Assembly (NCBI GenBank): GCA_013239625.1 | Contig: MU053754.1 | Location: 1,051,379 to 1,115,378, forward strand | DNA length: 64,000 nucleotides | Direction: 5' to 3' | Origin: Lama guanicoe | Lineage: Eukaryota | Shown: positions 49,809-61,282 of the stretch, piece after piece | Position numbering within the stretch: position 1 is the first letter of the stretch | How the letters are laid out: each line of letters starts with the position of its first letter | Notes under the pieces: generated by a model | Told to the model about the DNA's origin: nothing | The model's input: only the letters and a program-made list of their open reading frames with translations | Database searches by the model: none | Translations under genes and position numbers: made by a program

Positions 49809-52764
49809 TAAACTTTCAGTTTTAAGAATATCAGCAGCTTTGTTTGCAGTTAAGGAAAAAGAATGTTCAACCTACAATATTATCTGCTTAAAAGTATTCC
49901 TGTAAGAAGTTAATTGATACATAAATCACATACACAAAAGTCACAAGGGCCAGCTCCTGAAGAGCTTTTTCACTAAGGTCACAGTCTAAGGACCTTGTGC
50001 CTCCTTGAGTCAGGTCAGAGGGGCCTGCTCCTTGCTCTGGGGCAGCTTCCACCTTTTCACTTCCAGGTCTTTCTCTCCCTGGACGATGGCCAGGAGCTCT
50101 GGAGGTCCCCCTCTGCTGCACTGCTCCTGAGAGATGCACCGTACCCCCTCCTCCCACAGGATATATATATATTTTCTTTGATCTGAGTCTTAGGTCCTGA
50201 AATAGAGTGTGGTCCAGGTGACAGGCTTCCCTGCTTCCTTTTTGCTTGAAAGTTTCACACTAGCATCAGGACCAGCTCCTGGTTGTCACAGAGATGGCCT
50301 CCAGCAAAGGCCACGCCAGGCTGACTGGGGCGGCAAAAGCAGGTGTGGCAACTGTGGACTGTCCCACAAGAGTGGTCAACAAAATTATGACTAATGGGCT
50401 CGTATGCCTTTGACAAGATTATTACCAATCTACATCCAAAGGTTGTATGACTGACCACATCTAGGTAGCAGGCACTTGCTGTGGTGTCTGACACACTCAC
50501 CCCACAATCATCCCACATACGACACAAGCTTCGTGCACCCACTTTACACTAAGAAACTGGGAGTCAAAGAAGGCGACGGAAATGTGCACATCCCGGAGCT
50601 ACTGGTTAACTCAACCGTCAGCACCACAACGAGGGACAGCGAGGGACACAATGGGCGAGAGTGACCGTGGGCTTCGAAGGCAGGTCTAGATTTATAATCA
50701 TGGAAGGAGAGCAGGAATTGGTCCAGACCACCCTGAACACTGTAAGCTCAGGACACAGCACATCCAGTGCACGAGCTGGGGTGGGGAGGAGGAGAGGAGA
50801 CTGGCTAAATATGTAGAAAGCAGCTTACAGTGGATTTTGACTTATCATTGGAAATCTTTTTTTTTTTTTTTTTAGTAAATGTCAGGGAGTTAAAAAGAAA
50901 AACAGAGGATGGGAGCTGTGAGCAGCTCTGTACAAGGCACACCTTGGGTAACTGTCTTTTGTTCCCTTGGTAGATAAAATGGCCAAACCTCAACAGCAAA
51001 AACGCAACGAATCCAGCGAAGCCTGCCTTCGGTGACCCAGCAGGTGCAAACGCTCCTGTCCACCCCACCCTGAATCACAGAGCTCCCCGTCCTGCTCAGA
51101 CACCCTCCACACCATGGAGAAACCAATACCCACGAAGCCGGTCTGCTGTTTATACATTTTACTGGGAATTAATACCATTGCATTTCCACAACCGAAGCAA
51201 TTTCATTTTAAGCAAAACTTCCCATCAATCATAAAATGAAAAGCTGTCCTTAGAAAGAAATCTTTGGGACAACAGCAAGCAGGCTTGTGAGATGATTATG
51301 ATTGTAATCGTTTCTGGTTTTATTACTGAAGATAGTATGCTAGAGCTTGCTTGGGAAGATTAAAAAGATAATCCACGTAAAGTATTTAGGAAAATGTTTG
51401 GCACAGAGTTAGATGTCAAAAAAAAAAAAAAAGGCCATTGTGGTTGTGGTTATTGATGTTACTGCATTTGCCATTATCAATATTTTGAGGAGTAGGGGGG
51501 ATTCCCGGACTGAAAATCTCCCAGCTCTTCTGTGCGGCACTCAACCGGCTCAATCTTATCAGTGCAGCTCAAAGGAGCGGTGGGGGTGGGGGTGAGGGTC
51601 ACGCTTTTTCCCCAGGCTGGTGGCCGTCTTCCTGCGTTTGCCAGCGTGCTGGGGGGCAATGGTAGTATCTGCGCTGTAACCGTCTTTGATTGGCCACCTG
51701 TACTTCCTTTCCAGTGAACTGTCTATGCATTTTATCATCTCTATTTTGGATAGTTAACCCTTTTCCTAGCAACTGTAGCAATTACTAGTACCAATCACGT
51801 TTCATAGTCATTTGGTCTGTAACTGGCGCTGTAAAATTTTTCCAGTGCATCATTTGTCTTTGAATTTACTCATGGAGTTTTCTCTACACACACACACACA
51901 CGTTTTCCCAAATGTGTCTCTATTTCCTTTTTGAGGTCGGGGTTTCCTACTTTCTTTAAAACAATCCCCCCAACGTCAAGGTTTTTCAGCTGTTCTTTCT
52001 CTGCTTTTGCTTTTGTCAATCAGCATCTCTGCTCTGCAATCTGATTTGTCTCTACAAAGGACTTCTAAGAACCCGGCCTGTTGGCCCCAAAGATGTCTGT
52101 AAACCCTCGATTAACTCCGGCCACTGTGTTTCGGCCAGGTGTGCATATACATTGCACCATCCACCTATGTTGCTCACCTGGAATGCTCTTTGAGCAGGAG
52201 AGCCATGGAAAAATACAAGAATCCAGTATGTTTCAACATCTCGCCTGGGGGAAGTTTTTGGTCAGATGACAATAGCCTTCACCAGTTAAGTCACTTGACA
52301 ACAAAAATAAAACACATAGTATGTGCAATAAAGTCTCGCTCTGGCTTAACGCCAGCAAAATAAAGAGACAAAGTACATTAGGCATGAAAGATGTTTGCCT
52401 CTTGAATCATCATCGTAACCTCCAGGTAGGATCAGACAGCGGGACTTTTGTAATTATAGAAAGATTACATCCTGTGTTTTATTGGTTTAACCAGATCAAA
52501 CATGAATGCCAGTCAATCCAACTTTCAAAGAGTTTATATAAGTTCAATAACTGCACCCAGACACTATTTCAATGACGTTTTCAAAATCTCTCCATTTCTA
52601 GTCTTTTGATTTTTTTCCTTAAAGAAAAATAATTCTTCAAAAGCTTCAAGAAAACACTTCACTCAAAGACAACCCACAGGGGAAGGATAAAGACAGATGA
52701 ATATTAGTTATCTACATATAACCATCTGAAAAGCAAAAAAAAAGAATTAGAACAGATTTTACTG

Positions 52765-52853
52765 TTTTTTTTTTTTTAATGGAGGACCTGGGGATTGAAC
52801 CCAGGGTCTCATGCATGCTAAACATGTTCTGAACCACTGAACTATACCCTCCA
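52765..52853 (-). mobile_element. tRNA-derived camelid SINE (Vic-1-like)
   Basis: Reverse complement reads GAGGGTATAGTTCAGTGGT...TAGCATGCATGAGACCCTGGGTTCAATCCCCAGG..CCTCCATT plus A-tail (A and B boxes present). Confidence 0.9.
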
Positions 52854-53239
52854 CACTCCAAATTTACTTAAAAAAAAAAATAAGCAGGTGATGGTATGGA
52901 ACAGCCACAAGGACTAACCAGTCTGCAGTTTCAGAAACACAACATTGAACATGAACATGTTGTGTCCAACAGCAGGACAGAACATGTGACCTAAAACTGG
53001 TCCAGAAAACCCACAACAGACCTAAATTTTACAAATCAACCCTATGAAACCACAAATAATTAGCTGTGACTCTTAATCAATGATTGTTTTCATGTTACAT
53101 GAAAGATTTTTAAAATGAAGCCATGGATTAAAGTTCAGGAGTTCATTTTAAACCAGAATACTTTCCTATTACTTTGGAATTGTGGAATAAAAGAGTTGAT
53201 TTCAGTCATCACAACCATACATTCATCCAAATTATTTCT

Positions 53240-53890
53240 TAGGAAACTTAAGTGCATATTACTAACTGAAAGAAGCCAAGGTTACATATTGTATGATTCC
53301 AACTCTATGGCATTCTAGAAAAGGCAAAATTATGGAGACAGTACAAGGACCAGTGGTGGTGGGGAGGGAGGGGTGGACAGGCAGAGCAGAGGATGTTTAA
53401 GGCAGTGAATCAACTCTGTCTGAAACTGTCATAGTGGATACGTCATTACATACTTGTCCAAACCCAGAGAATGTGTAAGAGTGAAACCTGATGCAGACAA
53501 TGGACATGGGGTGATTACCACGTGTCAGTGAAGGTTCATCAGTGCAGCCAGTGGACCACTAGGAAGGGATGCTGCAGCCAATGGACCATTAGGAAGGGAT
53601 GCTGCAGACAGTGGACCACTAGGAAGGGATGCTGCAGCCAATGGACCATTAGAAAGGGATGCTGCAGCCAATGGACCATTAGGAAGGGATGCTGCAGCCG
53701 ATGGACCATTAGGAAGGGATGCTGCAGCCGATGGACCATTAGGAAGGGATGCTGCAGACAGCAGACCACTAGGAAGGGACGCTGATAATGGGGGAGACTG
53801 TGCATGTGTGAGGGCAGAGGGTTATGGAAACTTTGTATTTTCTGTTCAATTTGGCTATGAATCTAAAACTGCTCTAAAACAAGTTCTATG
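53240..53890 (+). mobile_element. L1MC-like 3' end containing an expanded minisatellite
   Basis: AAACTTAAGTGCATATTACTAA...GTATGATTCCAACT...CATTCTAGAAAAGGCAAAA...GATAATGGGGGAG...CTAAAACTGCTCTAAAA. Confidence 0.85.
53543..53784. repeat. Minisatellite, 8 x 30 bp (TGCAGCCAATGGACCATTAGGAAGGGATGC)
   Basis: Eight head-to-tail units with no spacers and only a few substitutions each. Confidence 0.95.
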
Positions 53891-54099
53891 TAAAAGGGGG
53901 GTGGAAAAGCTATATGTTTATATTTGCTGTTTATGAGTAAGATTTCTTTCAAATGTGTGGTTCATCCTCAGAAAATAAACAGCCTTTTCATTAACCTCGC
54001 CCCTAAATCTTCCCTCTGGACTCTACAATTATCTCACGTCGAACTGAATTCTACAGGGAAATGGTATGTGGCCACACAAATCCACCTGTGCAGACACCC

Positions 54100-54545
54100 A
54101 GCCCTCCCGACCGGCCCTGCCACTGGAATGTAGGCTCTGGTCACATTCTCTGCTTCACTTCTTCACAGCTGGCAGCTTGCCCGGGAATGAGAACCTTTAT
54201 AAGTGCTGTCCTTCCACCCACAACTGGTGCCCTCTGCAAGTCACCTCCCCTGCATTTTTCAGGTCACTGCAAATGCCACTTCTTCCAGGAAGCCTTCCCT
54301 GAACCCCACGGCCTGCTGATAACAGCTCCCCTGCTGTGCGCGCTCATGTGGCTCCCTGCATTTCTCTTCCAAAGCATTCTCGCACAGTCGCCAGATCTAC
54401 ATGTATTTGTGTTTTTATTTAATAATTATCACCCCGTCCCTATTCCCTGTCACCTGTGACCTCCTTGAAGATAGAATCTGTCTGTATCTCCCACTCAGCA
54501 CTGTGACCGTAATAAATATGACTGAATAAATAAGTGAATTGAATA
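54100..54545 (+). mobile_element. L2 3' fragment
   Basis: AAATGCCACTTCTTCCAGGAAGCCTTCCCTGA...CTCCTTGAAG...AATAAATATGACTGAATAAATAAGTGAAT tail. Confidence 0.7.
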
Positions 54546-56533
54546 GGGAGTCATACAAAAGAATTTAAATTTTGATCGTGAGACCATGAGGAGCTGAAAA
54601 GAATGAAACAGACAGAGCTGAACAAACGTTTCATCTTCGCTAGGCAGAGCTCGTAGGAAACAGCTTCATCACTGGGTTTCCTACAGAGTAAACGTCTGAG
54701 AGATTCCATGTGAGAATATTAAAAACTGAACAAAAACATGTCTTCAGAATTGAGTACAAATTATTTAAGAAAGAATCATGCTAATTATCTTTTTATAGAT
54801 GTAGATAAAGTCACTGAAAGAAAACTTATAGAACAGCAAGCTAGACTATGCCATGTGGGAAAACGTAACGTTTTATTAACACTTTACTATGAGTTTCAAG
54901 AAGGAATATGTTTATGAATTCTGTACGTGGGACAGCCCTATATCAGGACAGAAGTCTTGCTACTTACTGTCCCAACAGAATGACGAGGCCCCTGAGAGAA
55001 GCACAGGTCCTGGCTTCTCCAAGCACATTTCAAGCTACAGTCTCCCAACTGTAATCTCCTCCAAGAGGATGTGCTCATCCTGAATTCATTCTCGTCACAG
55101 CTATGACTTTGGATGTTTTCACTAAACCAGATCTGGTGTTAAAATCTGTATTTTCGGGAGAAAATTCTGGTAAATTGTGCACTCTCCACAAAATCACATA
55201 AGGCCCTGGAAGACGTCAAGACTGAGTAAGTGACTTGTGCAGAAATACATTCAAACATAGGTAGGTTTAGAGGGAGCATTAAATTCAATAACTAAAAATT
55301 AGTAAATGACATGTATTACAGAATAAAGGAAGCATGAGCAATAGAGGACATATGTCAGTTAAGCAACCACAGCGTTGTTCCCGGGAAACACGAAAAAGAA
55401 AGAAACATCTGTATAAATGTCACTCTCTCCCTAGCTCCTCCTTCATGGCAGGGACAGGAAAAAGTGTTGGTGAAGACAGATTATAAAGACAGGCATGCTC
55501 AGACATCACTCTCAAGTTTTCACTTTGCTTGTGAATCGTGTGGATTCTCCCAATTCCCGGAACCTCTCACAAATCACAACGCATACTTGTCTGGAAGGTG
55601 AACAAAGGCTTACGGAATAAAGTGCCCAGGCCAGTAGGGCACAGGTACAGGGTTCACTGTGTAGGAATGACCGTCTGCTTCAGAGGGCTGGAAGGACTGT
55701 CTCCAGGTGGGTGACGGGAGTTGGCCACACCTGTTTCTGTTTCCAACCATTTTGTTTGCGTCTAAGGGATAGTAGCCAAGACAAGACTGGGAAGAGGAAA
55801 GGAGGAGCAGCCACAGGGGAGGAAGTGGATGGAATAAGGAACAGAGACAGAAAGGGTCCCGAAAGTATGGGGTAAATGGCATATCAGGTCCCTGCCCATA
55901 AACATGAGATGTTAAAAGGCCTTCAAAATTGAGCATGAAAAGGCACATTTTGTTTTCGTCATCAGAGGCAAAGGCAAATCTTCTGCACTACGATTATTAT
56001 AACTGAACCACACAAAAGCCATTGGCATGAGGACTCTGGTCAGCTGCTGGGGGCTGCAGCTCAGTGGTCCCTTGGGTGGGTGTCCAAATGCAGAGGTGGC
56101 ACTTTCTGACACAAGGATGCTGTGCTCCATTATGCAGCATCAGCTCAGTCTCCATGGCAACCACCCATACTGTCCAACCTTGGATATAGGGTCCCCAACT
56201 CAAGCCTGGGTATCCCAGCGACACCTGCAAACCACAGTAATTACAGACAAAGCACAGGAAACAAGGCTGGTGGACATAAGAGGGGAGATGAGTTCTGGAG
56301 ACAAGATTAATGACCAGGATCCACTTGTCTGGATCTAGAACATGGCCTCTCAACAATCTTAAAGTCCTGAGGTACCACACCACGTGGAGACATACCATCT
56401 GATTGTCTTGGAAGTCACAGGGTCTTACCCCAACTGTGATGAATGCTCCACAGCCACTGTTGGCCAAGTAGCGGTCGTGACAGAGGTCAACACTTCACGC
56501 CTGTGAACGTGGTCATGGTTGTGTACGCTACCA

Positions 56534-56717
56534 CCATCAGGTTCTAACAGCTGCCTGGATGTCAGGTCAGCGCTGGGTACCACCAGAGAAAACCTCACAC
56601 CCCTGTGGAATGGTGTGATGACAAACCTGTCATTCTCAGCCTCGGGTGAATGTCTGAACTATCCATCAGTCCTCCCAGCACTGACGTGACATCCAGGCAG
56701 CTATTAGAGGTTGATGG
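56534..56717. repeat. Inverted repeat / fold-back element (35-bp arms, 32/35 complementary)
   Basis: 56543-56577 pairs with 56674-56708; outer CCATCA/TGATGG. Confidence 0.85.
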
Positions 56718-57259
56718 ATTTAGTCAGAATTTGGCTACTCTCTAGCTATAAAAAGGCAAGAAATTGAAACTTTTGGGGGAAAAAAGATTAAAATGATGCA
56801 TCCTGGGCTCTAGACAGGACTTGGCAGGAAATTAAAAGAAGGGCCAATGTAACAGGACTTCCTAACCTCCTGGTTCAACAGCCAGCTGGGAAATCTGTTA
56901 GACGTGGACGTTTTCAGGGACCGACTCAAGGAGATCTAGACCTGACCCTGGAATCTGTAGACTAGGAGGTGCCCCAAATGTTTCTTACAGTGCGGCACAC
57001 ATGCTCAGCACTGGGCAACAGACTGCCTGAACTTCGAGGGGTTACGGAATGAAGCTCTTGTGGTGAATGACACAGAGCAGCTGCAGAAAGTAAATAAAGC
57101 ACACAAACGGTAGGTATTTGTGCTCAGTGTGGAAAAGTGGCGTTTAAAAAGTGTCAGAGACTGGAGTTCTGGTGGCTGACAGGTCCAAGGTGTGCCAATG
57201 GTTGGAAATGGATCAACCCCGAAGTCAGAGAACTTTGTTATACAAAATAAAAGGGTAAT

Positions 57260-57640
57260 TGTAGCGAATACTGCCGTGTACCGCCCGATCCCCATCACTG
57301 AAATGCACACTGTCCCGGCTACTGAGAGTGTGAGAGCTGACAGTTCACACCCAAACTCCCTCTTCCTGCCCCCTGCCCCTAGAAGTTGTACTTGGTTGCA
57401 GAGAGCTAACCCAAGGCCACGTTTCTTTAGCAAGAAGACTATATCCAATGACTGGCTGATGCTGGGGTACAAAGGTTCAACCCCCTGTCCCATTCAGGGT
57501 AACTTTCAAGACAACCCAGCTCCCGAGTGTGCAGTGGGGTCCGCTGTGGCCATAGTGGCCACCGCAGGGCAGCCCCACTCCTCCTCCTGCCCCACACTAT
57601 GTCCTTCACTCCCCCATGCTATGTCCTTCACTGCCCCCCA
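57260..57640 (+). mobile_element. LTR16-like ERVL LTR
   Basis: TGTAGCGAATACTG...GATCCCC...GCTGACAG...CCAATGACTGGCTGATGCTGGGGTACAAAGG...CCAGCTCC pattern. Confidence 0.65.
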
Positions 57641-58584
57641 CCCACCCCAGAGTGGACCAGGAATGAGCTTTCTCTACTGAAAGGCTTTTGGAAAAAGCTA
57701 AGTTTCAATAATGGCAAGTGGTAGATAGGAGGCAGACTTCTCAAAACAGATGAGGGTGCTGAATAAATTAAGCACATGGTGCAGGGTGGGAGAGCCACAT
57801 GAAAGTGTGCCCTTCCCGGGCGGAAGGGACGGTGGACACACATGAAACAGTTGGCGAGCAGGTCGGTATTTCAGCCCAAGCACACAGCTCCTCGTTTCAA
57901 GTTCCAACAAGCCCTTTTTCAATCAAATTCAGGATGCACTACAATTTCACTTCAGGTTGATCCATTTTTCCTAAAACTAAGAGAATCGTTGTCTTTTGAG
58001 CATAATCACCAAAGAATACATTATTGTTCCGATATGTTTCAACTTGTTATTGGCGGCTATTTTCATCTGCGCTTTTGAAAGCAACTTTAGCGTGGGGCCG
58101 TGTACCGAACAACTGAAAGGAATAGTAGAAACTTTTTCTTTTTTACAAAACATGCCAAAGTTCCCAAGAAGAATTAAAATCATGATCGAAGCAGAGAAAA
58201 ATGCAAGAGCAACGCAGAAAAGCAATTTAAAAAAACATAACTTTACACAAGTCTTAATTGCAGCCTTTACTACGATTCTCTGGGAAGATGGGGTGCCATG
58301 TGCCACAAACGCACAACTCTCTGCAGTCCACTTTAAGCAACTTAAATGACTAGCGATGTTTAGGAGTCTTCCCAGGGCTTTTCTTTCCTTAATTGTTGTT
58401 GTTCTTGCAGCTGTTGTATTTTTTATTGCAGGATATCTCATCCACGAACAAAACAGAAAATTACGAGAAATTTTAGCAGAACCTCAAAGGATGCAGCCAG
58501 CTACTGAAACAATGACCTCACAAGATGTCTGAGCTGCAACGGGATTCAATCTTGTCCTACCTGGGAAGGGTAGTGTACCAAAGC

Positions 58585-60139
58585 TCTTATTCATAATTGA
58601 TTGAAAATGGATTTATTAGTAGTATATCAAGACTTACTGAGGGCTCTTAGAATTCTGGCTCTCCACAATTCGTCACATGAGCCACGAGGATTCCAGATTT
58701 CTGAGATCTCCTGCAGCATTACTAATACAGTGGCCCTTTCTGCAAGCCATTTGCATCACTGGACATTTCTGTCAATCCTTCTTTGCGGAAGTATAAGATC
58801 TATTTAACTAGGACCCAGCCTGTTCTCTAAATACAACCAGGACAAGGGACTCAAAACATGATTCCAAATATCCACTCCAAGTGTTTGTAAACTGCAGAAT
58901 CCTGACTCAGATGCTACCATATAATCATGCATCAGAGAAGACCTTTGAGGGTCATATAATCCATTCTCTTGCTGAGAACAAGACAAACGTAACTGCTTAA
59001 TGACATGTCACTGTCTTAGAATACAAGGAACTTTCCAAAGGAAAGAAGTTACAGTGCCCCAGTAACATGTCGCCCTGTCTCGTCAACTTTTCCATCCTCA
59101 AATTCCTACCCAAACGTCTCAAATCCATCAAAGAGCAAAGGAGTGAGCAGTTACTAACTTTCAGACTTTCTGCCAGCTAAGATTTGATTCTGTAATTAAC
59201 CAAAGCCTCTAATGACTGTCTCCAAAACATTCACAATGCCTGCGAAAAAGGTCAAAGCCAGATGAGAAAGACACGAGACAGGACGCACCCTGTCTGAGTA
59301 CTGAGAGGGAAGACCACATAGGTGTTCTTCGACCTTGTGATACTCAAGGAGGGACCAAGATAATGACGCAGATAACCCACATCTTGGAAGTGAACATGAA
59401 AGGGGGAACTTTCTGAAAAACTCTCCCTACCGTCTGAGAAAGGAAAGTGACGGACGGGTCGGGAGGGAAGATGTCAGCACCCAGGGAGAGCACCAGACCT
59501 CAGAACCACCCCGCCTAGGACTTTCTGACCACGTCAGTCATTCATTACCATGGATCTGAACAACACGTGACAGCCATGAGCAATCCTGGCAACAGCGGAT
59601 GCTGAGGAAAATCCTAGATCATTAGAACTGCGACAGTTAATGGAGATTCACGTTCACATGCTGTCTTTATAGATGCAGACAATGGAGCACAGGAAGCCTA
59701 GAAATTATGCAACAAGTTGCTGATTCAAATTAAAACATTTTAATAGATAGCACACCTAACATGGAATCAAAAGATCCTACTTCACAATCCCAGGCTATTT
59801 CTCCATCATAAATGGTGGGCTCTTAGAAAAATTAATTTCTTCTTTTCCAACATGCAAAGAAGAGTATTTTTACAAGATCGTCACAGAGATGGTTACGAAG
59901 ACCCCTGTTATCATCTGAAGTCAAGGCTGCTGTCTAGCTGGCAAGACGCAAAACCCATTAACAACAGTGCTCTGCACACAAAGAGGGACTTAATAATTTA
60001 GAAGAAGTTCGCGGAGAGCTCAGGAGTCCTGCGTGGCTCGAGTGAGTGATTAACCGTGGAGACGGCGGAATTCTAAGAGCCCTCATTAAGTTCTGATTTA
60101 ATGGTAAAGAAAATGATCTTCAGTTGCTTGGGAATAAGA
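58585..60139. repeat. Long degenerate inverted repeat (arms ~58585-58850 and ~59900-60139)
   Basis: Exact 18-bp inverted core at 58638-58655 / 60068-60085 plus colinear flanking matches. Confidence 0.75.
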
Positions 60140-60287
60140 TCAGTCTTAGAAATAACTTATTCTTTTGAGTACTTCTAAAGGCACCCTGTCTATGGAAAGC
60201 ACAGGATTGCCACAGTGCTTTACTGCAGGGCTGCACTAACTGAAATCCATTACCCATAACCCCCGTTTGGGGAACATGAAAATCCAG

Positions 60288-61238
60288 TAACACCAAATAC
60301 TATTTCTTTGGGGTTCCTGGACCCAATTCCAACGTGTGTGTTGATGGAGGCGGTAATGGATTCCCCACACCATCAAGTCATTCTTGCACACTAACAGGGT
60401 GACTCAATTCTGACACCGTCTACCCCGAGGTAGCACCAAATCCCACAGGTTAAGGGCTCAGTCACACGAGCCTCCCCTGGCCTTCAGATGCCAATGGCAA
60501 TCCCAGGTTACCACCTGGGCTTCTGACCAACAAACTACAGACTGGAGGTTCCAACGATCCCATCCTTGGACTTTAAAGACCACTTGCAAATCCCAGTTGT
60601 GACTTGTACTTCTGACTGACTGGCCACAGGTCAGAGATTCCCATGACCCTCCCTCGGGTTCAATTAATTTGTTAAAGCAACTCACAGAATTCAGAGAAAC
60701 ATGTTTCTTGCTGGATCCCTGATTTACTATAAAAGGATGTGACTCAGGAACAGCCAAATGGAAGAGACGCAGAGGGCAGTGCGTGGGGAAAGGGCAGGCA
60801 GCTCCCGAGCTCTCTCCAAGCACAGCAGTCCACAGAGCCACCCAGCCAGAAGCTCTCCAGACCCCGACCTCGGGGTTTTTATAGAGACCTCAGTACACAG
60901 GCGTAATTAATCACGGGTTGCTGGCGACGGATCCAACCTGTGGCTCCCCTCCCTCCCCTCCCAGGGGCATCTGCCATGAGGTTGAAAGTTCTAACCCTTT
61001 AATCATGTGGTTGGTTCGACTAGCAGCCAGCCCCCATCCATAGGTTATCCAGGGGCTCTCCAAAAGTCACCTCATTAATATCACAAAAGACACCTTTATC
61101 ACTCCTATCACAGGGAATTGCAAGCATTTCAAGAGCTGTGAGCCAGGAACTGTGGACAAAGAGAATATACATATGAGAAATATATATTTGGTCATTCAGG
61201 TGACCAAATATATATTTCTTATAAATCACAGTACCACA
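60288..61238 (-). mobile_element. MER21-like LTR
   Basis: TCAATTCTGACAC...CCCACAGGTTAAGGGCTCAGTC...CTCACAGAATTCAGAGAAAC...GACCAAATATATATTTCTT...CACA. Confidence 0.85.
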
Positions 61239-61282
61239 CTCTCCTTAACATTATTTAAAATTCAAAATGAAATACAATGACA

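Noticed and set aside
53543..53784. Regular 30-bp repeats as a CRISPR array, or the Cys-rich ORF 53522-53785 as a keratin-associated/metallothionein-like gene
   Set aside because: Units are head-to-tail with no unique spacers, the DNA is mammalian, and the unit derives from the surrounding L1MC; the ORFs are a by-product of the 30-nt period.
55940..55970. Hammerhead-like CTGATGA-C-GAAA on the minus strand
   Set aside because: There is no stem II, and no compatible stem I/III or NUH cleavage triplet.
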